A stretch of DNA of 51,583 nucleotides, the filler included, from Sphacelaria rigidula (taxonomy: Eukaryota), in NCBI GenBank assembly GCA_964200075.2. It is 3 parts of 3 records of this genome, joined end to end, with 100 filler letters (N's around TTAATTAATTAA, not from the genome) between each part and the next. Parts side by side here need not be neighbours in the genome. Positions count along the whole stretch, not along the records: positions 34,459 to 51,583 come from CAXNAA020001161.1; 2 more parts are not named here. The stretch is one strand, 5' to 3'. The notes below the pieces were generated by a model that was given only the letters and a program-made list of their open reading frames with translations, had not been told where the DNA came from and ran no database searches. The translations under genes were made by a program, and so were the position numbers. Of this stretch, positions 35,968 through 47,799 are shown piece by piece (position 1 is the first letter of the stretch; every line of letters starts with the position of its first letter).

Positions 35968-37366
35968 ATGATCACGTAATTATGGCCCAGCGTTTGTAAA
36001 CCGCCGTTCGGGCAACATCGAGCGCATCCAAAATCAGGGGGAACCTATCGCATGACACATGTCCTATATCACTATGCTGCAGCACAAACACACTCATGCG
36101 CTGTCTCTTGTACTGTAGCTGTCGCTGCGCTGTGGTGTCTCCAGTTTTTTTCGAAGACGGTTTGGTCTCCGCTGGGACTGGCTGCGTGAGTTGTTTTGTT
36201 ACTGTCGTGGCGTTCGTCTCCTCGAAAAATCATGCTGTCAACACGTAGTGCCCTCCAGACACTGTTCCTGTTGACACCTTCATGGTGTGTTAATATTTCG
36301 TCTCGAGCCAAACGAACAACAGGCTTCCCCAACCCACGACTTATATGCTGTAGATTGTCGCTGTGCTGTTGTGCATCTAAACACTCTGCGACGATCACGG
36401 TGCGATGGGCGCTCGAGAGTGCCTGAACAGTTGTCGTGCTGCATTCGGTGTTTCGGTATGTGCAAAGTTGGGGTGGCACCAAATTATTTATCGCCTGTTG
36501 GAGGAATCATTCTTGGTTTGGGACTGAACACGGATAATACACTTTACAATACGACCTACTACTGTCTGTTTCCTAGGGTTTACCTAGATGCCCCGCAATG
36601 CTCCGCAAATATAGTGAAAATACTACAGGAGGAACCCTCACGACTATACACCCACCCGCACTCAAAGTGCGGACAAAGTGAGTATCAGTTGTACATCTGC
36701 GCTGGTCTCAGCAGCAAGAAACAGTGAGCGTGCATCGTGCTGCACTGGACAGTCTACTGCACGCTACTGGTGTCTCTACTTAGTGTTCCATATCAACACT
36801 ACATACAGTGTGGTGAAGCTATGTTGGCAACACAAGAGGGGTCAGGCAGGCAGCAAAGAGGCCACTGTCTGATATCAAACGTCATGGCGTAACGCGCGAG
36901 CGGCGGCCACGTGTACCCGACGCACGTAGATGTAGACAAGTGCTTCGACGGTGAGGCGACCGCCATCGCCGAACAAGACCTCTACGGTATTCACGGGCGT
37001 TCGCGACGGTAGTCATGGTGCGATATCGAAACGCATGCTGAGTACACTCGGCACGTTCAACACTGTAAAATCTAGTACGCTGCAGACCGCACGTACAGCC
37101 GCGGCACGATAGACTACAGACTGCATGGCAAAAATATGAGGCGTAATAATCGGGTTGTCGACAACCACACCACCGTCTGTGTCATGACGCAACTATGTAC
37201 CTCTTACACACTCCCGGTCCCTTTCGCCATAGAGTAGGCGTTTTGAGTTGAGACAAAGGAATGATTCTGAACCCAAAAAGTGTAGTGTCTACTTCACTCT
37301 ACCAAGGGGGTGTCACTGTCTAGGGGTTAAGAGAGTGATGTGCCGAGCTTTGTTTACCTCCCTTAA

Positions 37367-37464
37367 CCCTTAGACCGCGAGGTTAGCCTTCTGTTGAATC
37401 GGCATTAATTTCAAGTGGAAAAACATATGCATGATCCGGAACGACTAATCTCGCGGTCTAAGGA
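37367..37464. mobile_element. 98-bp piggyBac-like MITE
   Basis: TTAA|CCCTTAGACCGCGAGGTTAG...CTAATCTCGCGGTCTAAGGA|TTAA. Confidence 0.7.
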
Positions 37465-39461
37465 TTAATCCGGCAATTCTCTTACTCTGAGCTCTCTTAA
37501 ACCGTGACCCCCACTGTAACGCCAAAGTGTTCTTTACTGTATGCTGTGCCGCACGCACGGATGGCGACACGTGGTACAACACTGAACGTTTCTGTGCTGC
37601 ACACATGGAATACCCAGGCGCTAGAAGACGAACTATAAGCAGATTTAATATTGCCAGTGCTGGCATATAAATGAAACGTCGACAGTGTTGTAGGGTGCAC
37701 ATCGTGAGCGAAAGTTGAGCAGTGGTTTACGGTGATGAACCACGGTCCTGTGTACAAACACGAGTCGACGTAGCCCTCGTGGGGTTTCTTTGTCCAGATC
37801 CGGAACGAACTGTACACATACTGTTTGCGCCGGAAACGTAGACAGCTAGGGGACGATCGCAGCTTGTACAGAATCTACGAAGCCAGAGCACACTATATAC
37901 AATAGCGAGCACGGCGGCGCACGCTGATGCTGAGATCGTTACTTGTGCCGACGGCAGCCAAGGGCGAAGGTGTGCACAGGAAGGAGCTCCAGAGGAGAAA
38001 CAAAGCGTCCAGCTGCCATGTAGTACACTCGCAGGCGGGAAACAACGAAAAATGCCTAGTATCAACAACTGCGACTGACTGTTGTACACGCATGCGCAAG
38101 ATACGCACATCGGAACAGGTAATAATGCAGTCGACACGACACACTAGTAGCTGAATCTGAAACCGAGTGACTGATCGAGCGATGTGGGACTCGTGTGTGA
38201 AACGAATACACACGACATCGCTCCCGCAAAATCCAAAACCTGTACGGAAAGCTGTGGAGGAGGGCCAGATCGATAGTTTATCCGAGGTTGACCGGCTAGT
38301 GTCATCAAGGAGGCCGTGCTATTAATTTCAGCAGGATCAAGCGCACCGCGCTGCAATATGATCTGTCCATCGTGACTATCCGTGTGCTCCTGTTGAACAG
38401 CTGTGAAAATATCCAAACACGTGCTGTCTGTGTGCAAACGAGGAAAGGGGGAACGTTGTTTGGCACTAGTATGCAGAGAGGGACCGACTGCTGACATACT
38501 GCCGTGCCGACTTGCGGAATTGGTTCTGCTGTTGGAGTGAGCGGAATACTGTCTATCGCATCCTGAGATGGCACATCGTACACGAGAGTACGTCGTTGTG
38601 CATGACCGCTGGCAAGGTTCGCTAATTGTTGTGCCCGGGCGATATCTCGCTGGATGTGGCGCATGGTGCGCGCATCGGGGAAAGGAGGGGGCGCGGCAGG
38701 CGGGGTCGTGATCGAGATCGGGGCAATAAAACAACGGGTGAACAAAACAGTGGTGCGCACACGTTCGTATTTTCAACGATACAGTGTAAAAACAACGATG
38801 GTCTGCACAGGGCGGAAAACACAGCAGAAGACGCTCAATGCGGGCTGCACAGGGCGCGCTCATACTACAAGCCTTGCTGATGCAGTCAGCAGCCCAGGCC
38901 AAGCAGCGTACAGAAGCGGCACGGGCAAAAAAAACAAGAATGGGCCGTGAGGCTGAAACATGCGCTTGCACGGAAAAATAAAGTGTAGTAGATACCCAAA
39001 ATCCGTGACTCGAGTGTTGCTGCAATGTGCCCGAGAAAGGCACAGAAGGACAGCGGCAACGCAGTAGGCAGCACACAACAAGAGCTTGATCGCTATAAGC
39101 TGAAGTCCCATACATTATGAACTTTGGCCTAGTCGCCTTCGAGAAGGCAGCCTCAATACACCTTAACCCTGTATGTTCTAACGAACAGAGGCTCGAGTCA
39201 TATGCGCCCGTTGCAGTGCACAGCTGGATGCCACAAATCAATACAATCCGAACCACAGTAGCAGTTCAAATCAAGATGTTCACAGAAATAGGTTATCTCC
39301 GTGTAGGTTACAAGACGAACCAGAGCCAACAGTCCCTCCCAACAATAAAGCGTACCGGTAAGGGCTCACTTGGAACTCAGAGCAATGGCGGCAAGAGCTG
39401 ATGATGTCCTGGGTCCGAGATAGAATGAGTGATCATGGGAGGCACTCAACGCTCCGACATA

Positions 39462-39487
39462 TAGGGTTAGGGTTAGGGTTAGGGTTA
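39462..39487 (+). repeat. Interstitial telomere-like (TTAGGG)~4
   Basis: TAGGGTTAGGGTTAGGGTTAGGGTTA. Confidence 0.85.
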
Positions 39488-39942
39488 CTGAATTGTTCGA
39501 CACATAGTCATGGTACAAGGCTCAAAAGCAGAAATCCTCCATCGAACGAACGTTCCGGGAACGCTATCTGCTGTGCACATGGACATTCGACGCGTAGACA
39601 AAACAATCATGGAACTCGTATCTCGTATCGACTACTTATTCGGAACGTCGATTTGGAACTCCCGACAAGCTGGCATCCCTCAGCGGCCAAATCAAAGATC
39701 CATATCCAAACGCTGCTTTACTCCGAGGCCTGTATGCCCGAGATTACAGATCCCGACACTAGCCCCTGCAAATACCATGACAATAGCCCGTTGTACGCCC
39801 GACCACAGAAGCGTGAGTCCAACACCTACCACTGCCGCATTTCGACTTTCGTTTTTGCCAGTACCGTCCCATGCTGTGTATTGTATGTGCATTATAAACG
39901 CTCTACAGCATATTAACAACAATGAACAGTACACGGGGTGAC

Positions 39943-40104
39943 GAAACCCTGTGAAGCGAACTGTCTGGCGCAAAACATTACCCTACAGCCAAATCCCCGC
40001 GAGAGAAACTGCCCAGTTCCCCTGAAACCCTGTGAAGCATACTGTGCGGCGCAAAAACACATAGTGCAGTCAAATCTCCGCGAGAAACACTATACAATTT
40101 CCCT
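39943..40104 (+). repeat. 81-bp tandem repeat, two units
   Basis: GAAACCCTGTGAAGC..ACTGT..GGCGCAAAA...CAAATC.CCGCGAGA occurs twice. Confidence 0.8.
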
Positions 40105-40370
40105 TAACCCTGTAGACGTGCCCCACAGGGTGCTATCTGTCACGTGTGGATTAAACTACAGGAGACCTACTGGAATCTAAAAAGTCCCCGTGTGCGATAT
40201 CTCCGACTACCTTGCCACGTACTGGTGTATCCACCGAGTAGTGACAGCGAGTTAGCCGATAACCGAAACGGTCGGGTAGAGAAGAGACCAATCCCAAAAC
40301 ATCTACTGTCTAGAGTGCTGTTCGAAGAGATCCTCTACAGGACCTGCGCACCGGACACTGGTCAACGTCA

Positions 40371-40459
40371 GATGGGAAGATCCAAAAAAGGCAAGAAGCA
40401 CAACAAAGGGAGAGCCGATGGCATCGAGGAGGAAAAGCCAGGAACTACGATTTCCGTGA
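40371..40459 (+). CDS. Possible first exon with a Lys-rich N-terminus (MGRSKKGKKHNKGRADGIEEEKPGTTISV); product unknown
   Basis: ATG with protein-like composition and nearby GT donors; no downstream exon identified. Confidence 0.3.
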
Positions 40460-41329
40460 GGTGCTGGTCAAGTAGCATCGTTATGGAAACACAGCAGACA
40501 GTGCGTGTCAAGCCTACACACGACATAGTGCTATCAGCAAAAACCAGAATATCTTCAGATTGTCCTTTACTCAACCATGAAAACATGGTATACCATCTGT
40601 ACATAGTACCCACAACAAACAACTGTCAAAACTCCGACAGAAAAAAAATATCCCGCCCTCAACAAAAGTAGCCGCCAGCTCTGCTCTTCTCCACTGCAAG
40701 GTCCTCTTCGAAGTTGACCGCCTGACGCTCCCATCTGACCTCACCAGCGTTCATGGCCAACCCAACCGCCCATCCTCGCCGGTGTCCATTATCCCAAATA
40801 GTGCCCCCTCTGCTTCCTTTCGTGATGAAACATCTCCTCCTTCGCTGTGCACTCTGGTGCTGGTCTGTAGTTAGTGTCTCGTCCAGGAGGCTCAACCAGA
40901 CCTCACCCATTCATTGACCACCGCTCCTCCTCCATCCTTGTCGCCGAAACCAGTCTATACACCGGCACACGCTCCTTTGTATTAAGGGTGTGCGTGCCAG
41001 CTTTCGACAGCAGTGTCACATACCTCCACGCACACACCGTTTCCCAACATACCCGCACTCAGGGTGTCGACACATTATACTGCCTGTAACACAGGGTATG
41101 CCCACACTCAGGGTGTGACATATATACCGCTGCACTACAACAGGAGTGGGTGTGCCCAATAAGCACCGTGCTGACCCAACTCTAGTACCATTCCACAGCC
41201 TTGGCCAAGGGTAGTAGGAAGAAGGATTCCGGCCCTCACCCGCCGAGAATACCCTCCCCACGCCGTACCGACAAGGCCGGACCATGGCCTTCGTTGGAGG
41301 ATCGGGAGCGGAGGATAGGTACACTGTTT

Positions 41330-42350
41330 TTCCAATTTTCCTCAGAGGCATCCTCAGTGAAATTACGTGCTCCAGAGCACCATGTGTCCTCCAGAGGCTT
41401 CGTGCGTTGTCCACTCCAGAGATATCACGACCCGCTAGAGGGTATTATCCCCCAGGGTGGAATTTTGATTGGTCGTGTGTGTATATTTGAAAATGAGGCC
41501 ACTTTATCGCATACTATATTATTTGGAACACTGTACGCACTACCACCGTTAAGAGAGTCTCCTCGTAAAAGAGCCTGGCCATGAAAGTCACATCCAATCC
41601 CAAAGCAGTGCTTCGACTAATGCTCGCAAAGGATTGCCTGGTTTGGGTAGGCACAATCTACAGGTGAAACGAAATGAAAAAAGCCGAGTAAAACAAGCAG
41701 CTGAGAATTCTCACGCTAAGGATTGTTTTCGCCAGTGTCGCCCATGTGGGGCGCTTCATGCTGCCTGAAACCAACCGTCATGGGCTGCATGACCCTTTCC
41801 TTCGTGACAGCTTCAGGCTGACTTAGGGCGGGGGTTATTGTAGCCTTTGGGGGGAGGTTGGGCTATCGTAGCATTGATTCTTTCCCTGGCCGAAAATCTT
41901 GACAAATGACTTCAACACAGAGGCAGCCATTCGACTAGCCTCCAAAATCCTCCGGTGAGTTCTCCAAATGTATATCAACGTGCCATCCAGTTTGGAACTC
42001 CCCACTAAATGATCTTGGGCATTCGCAATTCTATTGTAGGAGATGCTCAACACCGGTGTCTCCCTCTAGAGGATTTTCAACTTCGGAGTCTCCCTCTAGA
42101 GGGTTTACAACATTGAGGTCTCCCTCGAGGTTTTGTCAATACAGGAATTCTCTGAATTGTTTCTGAACCAAGACACTCGAAAATCCCATCTTGGTTCCAG
42201 TACATATGGTATTTGTACAGCAGAGAGGCTGTTCAAAACAAATCCTCGTTTTCTCCCATTTTAAAGTGAGGATTTTGTTCGGACATCCTGCTGCGCTCTA
42301 TAAAATCACATATATGTACTGTATTGCAGTATGTGGGATTTGTACAGCAA
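41330..42350. repeat. Two repeat fragments (41330-41465 and 41935-42350) homologous in reverse to 49150-49300 and 49640-50240
   Basis: ACGTGCTCCAGAGCA.CATGTGTCCTC..GAGGCTTCG and CAACATTG.GGTCTCC..CGAG blocks match in inverted orientation. Confidence 0.65.
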
Positions 42351-43942
42351 ACGATATTGCGAATAAACGCTCGTTTTACCCATACAGTTGCTCCCAGTAT
42401 ATATACACACAACACTAACAACAAGAGCTAGATATGCTTTTCGACCGCATGTACGCTCCAGTCATATCCACCTGTCTCTGAAAAGCCCGTAGTCGAGAGA
42501 CTATCAAAGTGCGACTTGAATGGAAATTCTACATACGTCCCTCCACCTGCCCGCCCCGCGAGTTTCGCATCGCTTTATCCATGTCGGCTATAATGTTGCC
42601 GATCCTCACCCGCCCGAGCACGAAACCTTTCGCATAAAAGAGCTGAAACATTATTCAGGTGGTTCAACAAGCAAGCTTATTGCTTAGCTGGGGGTACAGA
42701 CGCAAATATACGATACATGCGATAAAGAAGCGTTTTCTTGGGCAGGCACGACGGGAAAATTGAGATTAAAGGGAGGGTCTGAACGATGACTAGGAACTGA
42801 GCGAGCCTGTCAAAGGTGTAGGTGTGTCTATAAGGAGCACATGGGACGAACGCGGAGAGGATTTGCATACATCCGTGTCGCGTGCGGTATGTCTTGGCAG
42901 CAAGCGCGCTTCCTCGTCCGCTCTAGGGCCGCTTGCATCGTGTGATGGCTTCAATGATGGCTACGGATTCTTGGGGTCCTTGCACGTTTGACGAAGACTT
43001 CGCAAATCCTGATTCACGTGTTTGAGACAACTCAATAAAAATCCCAGAAAATTCACAAATATACCCAACCGGATTTTTGACAAATATCCCTTCCAGGTTT
43101 GAAGCGGAAGGGGACCCAAGACCGCTAAAAAACAGCTTTCATTTCACATCTCCTCCAATTACGGATGAACTCCGTGTGGTCACGTTCTTTTTTTTCCATC
43201 CCTACGATTAAAACCTTGAAGGGACTTTGCGAACTTTAGTGAAAATAAAGCCAGAAACCTGATGATGAGCGACTCACCCCTTCAAGAAGATCGGGAATAT
43301 TACGCTCGATCTTTGACAACGATCTTTCATAATTTGTAATCCATTGCTCGATTTTCACACCAAGCGATAATAAACCAGAAATTATATCAGTGTTTGTTCG
43401 ATCCTCTACTCTCCGGTGTCAGTACATCTAGTGTTGTAGTCCACAAACAGAAAAATAACTGTTTCCACACTGGCGGCGGGCATCGGCTTCGAGTCAGCCA
43501 CCCGTGGGCGACCCACTGCACAGCAGCCTGCCACCTCACAACGCAGCTGCGGGTGTTACTGCTGCTGCTTGCTGGACTAGCAGAGCCAAGACGAAAGCGC
43601 TGCCCCCGTCCTACACCTCCCCACCCCCTGACATGGAATATCGTTCGTCGAGATGAAGCGTACATACCAATATTTTCGTGAGAGTGGGAAGGGGTCAATC
43701 AGTGAATGGATATTTTCAATTCGGAAATGCCCTTCCATGACGCTCGATACGCTTTCGGTAGTAGCTTGCCACTGAAGCCCTCGTTATTCCTGAGTAGGAT
43801 ATCGACATGTAGCTGTAAGCACACACCAACGTAACAGCAAAAAAAAGCACACGCAAAATATAAAGTTGCTTAATGCAGAGGGAATTATAAATTCCACCCT
43901 CAATCAACGCTCTACTCTCCTGACTAAGTATTCTATGTGTGT

Positions 43943-44222
43943 TGTGATAAAAATACGCCGTTACGTTGAGTCGGTAGTGATGATTTGGATAATTACTGGG
44001 GGCACAGAGAGTCTGGAGGATTCTTGGAGGATTCTTTGAGGATTCTGGATAATAACCGGGACACGGGGATGATAATCTGCATGCCTAGAAGGTTGGTGCC
44101 TGGGAGGGCACTCCATGATAATAGAATAACCGTGGAGGTTGATAACCAAACCTGAGGCCAGTTAGACTGGGGAGATTCTCAACAGCAGTGGTCCACCTGT
44201 TCTTCTTCTGGCTGGCGTCACA
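43943..44222 (+). repeat. 5' LTR
   Basis: Direct repeat of 47532-47799. Confidence 0.9.
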
Positions 44223-44962
44223 ATATCGATATTAATGCTAGTGTTTGTGCTAGAAATAGTACCTGGCAAAACCTGCTGGAAGGATATTCCGGCGAAGAGT
44301 CTGGCGGCTGGAGACTACCTGAAGCATCACGGACGCGTGGAGGGGGTTCAAACTGATAGTAGCTCCAGAAAGGCGGCTGACCTGTGATTGATCCCGACCA
44401 GAGACTTGCTGAAGCTGCGTGCAGTGGGAGTTCGGAGGCTCCTACGACTGTGTGGTGCGGCGACGAAGCAAGGAAGTGTGCAATTCGCGAAAGTCCGCTG
44501 GCCTGTAAAACGTTCGCAGGTAGCCGGTTGCAGCTATGGCGACCGGTTCGCGTAGCATGTTCAGCGTGACGCCCGCGGTTGTGCGGGAAGAGTTGGGACC
44601 TCCCCAACACGGGGATGGGTACTCAGAGAGTGCATCTCGCACTATTTATACGAGGTGGTTGGAGTACAAGAAGCGTATGGAGCACGCTGACGCAGGGGCT
44701 GCTGTGCGGCATCCGGTGGTATCAATGGCTTAACAAGTGCCAACGCATGTTCAAATAGTGTGTGCTCGTTTGGAACAGAATAAGAGTACAATCACTCCGC
44801 TGCAATTGGTTGCGGCGATCAAAACGCATGCTGGGCATGCGGCGGGCGCCGAGGTGGAGCTGACCCAAGCCTTCGCAGCCGTGGCGAAAGCTGTCGCCGT
44901 TGATTCTCGGGCAGAGACGATGTTGGAGCGGGTGAAGCCCATCCTGTCAAATTTGCAGAAGT

Positions 44963-45338
44963 GTTTGTGTGTGTGTGTGTGTTGTCGTTCCATCTATTAT
45001 GGGCACCAGTCTACACCTTTCGGTGTATGTGGGCAAATCAGCCGGAGTCACACAGGAGGAAGGTCAACACAGGAGCTTCTTGTTTTTTGTTTTTTTGTTT
45101 TTAATACCCCACCTCCCTTCTGCGGTGCTTGCCTTTATTTTTTATCGCGAGAAGGGTTCAGCAGTCCCTTCCCTGGTCAACCGTTGAGTCGAATTTTGTG
45201 TACCCACGACATAGTCGCTCTCCACTATTGAGCATGGTGTGAGAAACGATTCCAGATCGCTCCGGGAATCAAACCCCCCTACTCAACCATCAGAAGGTTG
45301 TGAGGTTACCAACTGAGCCACCGGGGCGACCGGTCCGT
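44963..45338 (-). mobile_element. tRNA-derived SINE with (CA)n tail inserted in gag
   Basis: Box A TGGCTCAGTTGG, box B-like GGTTTGATTCCC, AGAAGT TSD at 44957-44962 and 45339-45344. Confidence 0.85.
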
Positions 45339-45918
45339 AGAAGTACTTCACGGAAAATCCGAACGTTGAACTGGCATATCGTTCCCCCGATGGTGAGTTC
45401 ATTCCTGGCCCGGCTGCACTAATCACTTATGCTTTAGTGAGGGGTTTGCGCCGGAATAATTCAAGGAAGCCGTGCTTGTCAAGCTGTAGTACGATAATAA
45501 TTCGAAGGCAGACCCCTAACTGATAATGGACACCGTCGTGGCCGAAGCCAAGGAGTGGCGGAGAACAGAGGTGTTCGGCCAGTCGTCCACCTCCTCGCCA
45601 AAATCTTTGCGCAACCACGGCTCGAAATCGGCCGGCCGCGCCGCGAGTATTACTTGTCACCGCTGTAGCTAGCTCGGCTATTACGCACGCGATTGCCCAA
45701 GGTCTTCCAGTGGAGAGTCTGGGCGGTCAAGGGCCGCGCGCGGTCAGCATCGTCAGCACAAGGGCGAAGGTAAAGGTAATCGGGGTGGCGGCTGCGGATT
45801 CTACGGTGGTGGAGGGTCGCAGCCGAATACTCAGCAGCAGCAGCAGCAGCAGCAGCGTCAGCATGGGTCTGGTTCTGGGTACAGCGCCGCTGTCGGTGCT
45901 ACTGCTCCGCAACGGGCG

Positions 45919-47424
45919 GTGCAGGTGGGACCGACCTCTACAGTGTCGAACACTGCGCCGGCGCCGGTGGTGACACCGGCAGCAGCTCCAGGCGCGAGGC
46001 CTGCTGATACGCTCGTCGAAGGTTCGCCAAATTCTCGGTCTGCTAGCTGGGGGTCATATCCGCCGGCGGTGCTGTTTAAACCTGCCGGGGCGTCTTCGCC
46101 TGCGCAGCTTGCGCAGCCGTGGCGTCAGGTGGAGTTAGCGGCGCATCGGTCGGCGGATGAAGTGCCGGTGGAGTTTGCGGACAGATACGTTCCGGCGGTG
46201 TTGTGTCTTCCGAATCAACGGGAGCGTGGAGTCATTGTGGTTCGGGGTGTGTTGGGTTCTGGCGCCCAATTCACGAGTCTGTCGGTGCAGATGGTAAAGA
46301 TGCTGAACCGTATTTTCTCGGGTGTATCGCTGCACTTCCCGTTTTCGCTCGGGGCGCGGCAGGCCGTCACCGCGTCGGGTCAGCACGTTTTCGTCACGGA
46401 GCGCATTGTTCCGCTACAGCTGTCTTTCACGATCGCCTGGGGACCGGCGCCATTGCCTCCGATCTCTTTTGCGATTCAGCCGGGATCGGATGGCGTTGCT
46501 TGTCTGGGGTTGCCGACGCTTCAGGATCTTGGAGTCGACCCGTATGATCGGTTGAAGGACTCCATCAAGACGCAGATGTCTCCGCCTGGTCCGCACGTGG
46601 AGACGCCCGCCTTTTTGTGCGGTCGTCGCGTGAGCGTGTCGGTGGGTGCTTTTCAGGAGGCTATGAAGCAGGTGACTGATGAGCGGAATGCGGCGTGTTG
46701 CCTGCGGTGCGATGGGCGCTCAAAACAGCGTACCGTCGTCGTCACTACAGTACGCCGTACCACGTGATGTTTGGTCGTGTTCCTCGGACGTCTTTCTCGA
46801 CGCTAGCGTCTTCGTCGGCTGGGAAGAGGAAATGTGATATTTTGGACGGTTCCAAATCAAAAACGCATTGCAAGGAGTTTTGGACTTGCAAGAACGTTAC
46901 CACGTTCAAGTGCAGGAACGTGTTGCCACTGAACGTGCGCGTAGACGTGAGGGGTCCTCATCGGGGCTGGAACTGCCGAATGTTGAGGTAGGCGATTATG
47001 TCTTGTATGCACACGTGCGTCGTCCGGGCATTACGCCCAAGGTGATGGTGACGTGGACTGGTCCATGGAGAGTGGTCGGTGCTCACCACCTGCACGTGTT
47101 CGAGATTCAGAACATTGTTTCGGGTCGGGTCGTGTTCAGATTGCCCATGTAGCTCGTCTGCGTTTTTATGCAGACTCGCAGCTTAATATCATACCCGTCG
47201 TTAAGGACGTGTTCCAGTATGCTTTCAATCAGGGGCAACTTCAGATGGATGGTATTGTCCGAGTGGCAGAAGAAGACGATCGTTTGTTGATCGTGTTGGT
47301 CGACTGGGTTGGTTTCGAAGTTAAGGAGCGTACGTGGGAGCCTGTCAAGAATATTTTTGAGGCCGCTCCGCGATTTCTCGCTAAGGAGTTGCGTACATTG
47401 CGCGTGACTCGTGTCCAACCCTAA
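45919..47424 (+). pseudogene. Gypsy pol remnant: protease fused by deletion to integrase C-terminus and chromodomain
   Basis: Frameshifted ORFs 45919-46767, 46695-46991, 46868-47152 and 47053-47424; no RT or RNase H motifs. Confidence 0.85.
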
Positions 47425-47531
47425 GTATCACAAGTGAGTTAGGTATTCAGTTGTGACTCACTCATCGTGTTGGCGTTTTTCTTTGTGCCAAGCTTGTTGA
47501 TCAACTATCGTCCAACGCCCGTTGGGGGGGC

Positions 47532-47799
47532 TATGACGAAAATAAGCCGTTACGTTGAGTCGGTAGTGATGGTTTGGATGATGGCCGGGGGCACGGGGAT
47601 TCTGGAGGATTCTTGTAGGATTCTGGATAACGACCGGGACACGAAAATGATAGTCTGCGTGTCTAGAAGGCTGGTGCCTGGTAGGGCACTCCATGATAAT
47701 GAGATGTTGTGAAGGCCGACAACTGAAACTGAGGCCAGTTAGACTGGGGAGTCTCTCAACAGCAGTGATCCACCAGTCCTTCTCCTAGCTGGCGCCACA
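47532..47799 (+). repeat. 3' LTR
   Basis: Direct repeat of 43943-44222, preceded by the PPT. Confidence 0.9.

Larger units (their letters stand above)
43943..47799 (+). mobile_element. Internally deleted Ty3/Gypsy chromovirus LTR retrotransposon
   Basis: LTRs at 43943-44222 (TG...CA) and 47532-47799, GTGT TSD, G-run PPT at 47524-47530. Gag with an in-frame stop, decayed CCHC knuckle ~45655-45697, protease-like VLGSGA motif, integrase tail (STPYHVMFGR, WTGPWRV) and chromodomain (LVDWVGFE...TWEP). Confidence 0.92.

Noticed and set aside
38144-39256. Longest ORF in the window (370 aa, minus)
   Set aside because: Cys/Ser/Arg/His-rich composition typical of non-coding frames, with no recognisable motif or clear splice structure. 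It is treated as probably spurious, though a homology search would be needed to exclude it.
40371-40459. TSR3 assignment for the Lys-rich exon
   Set aside because: The expected following MWDF..CDPKRC exon was not found in this contig.
45255-45335. tRNA gene
   Set aside because: It has A/B boxes but no complete cloverleaf, and is attached to a SINE body, tail and TSD. The same applies to 20010-20070.
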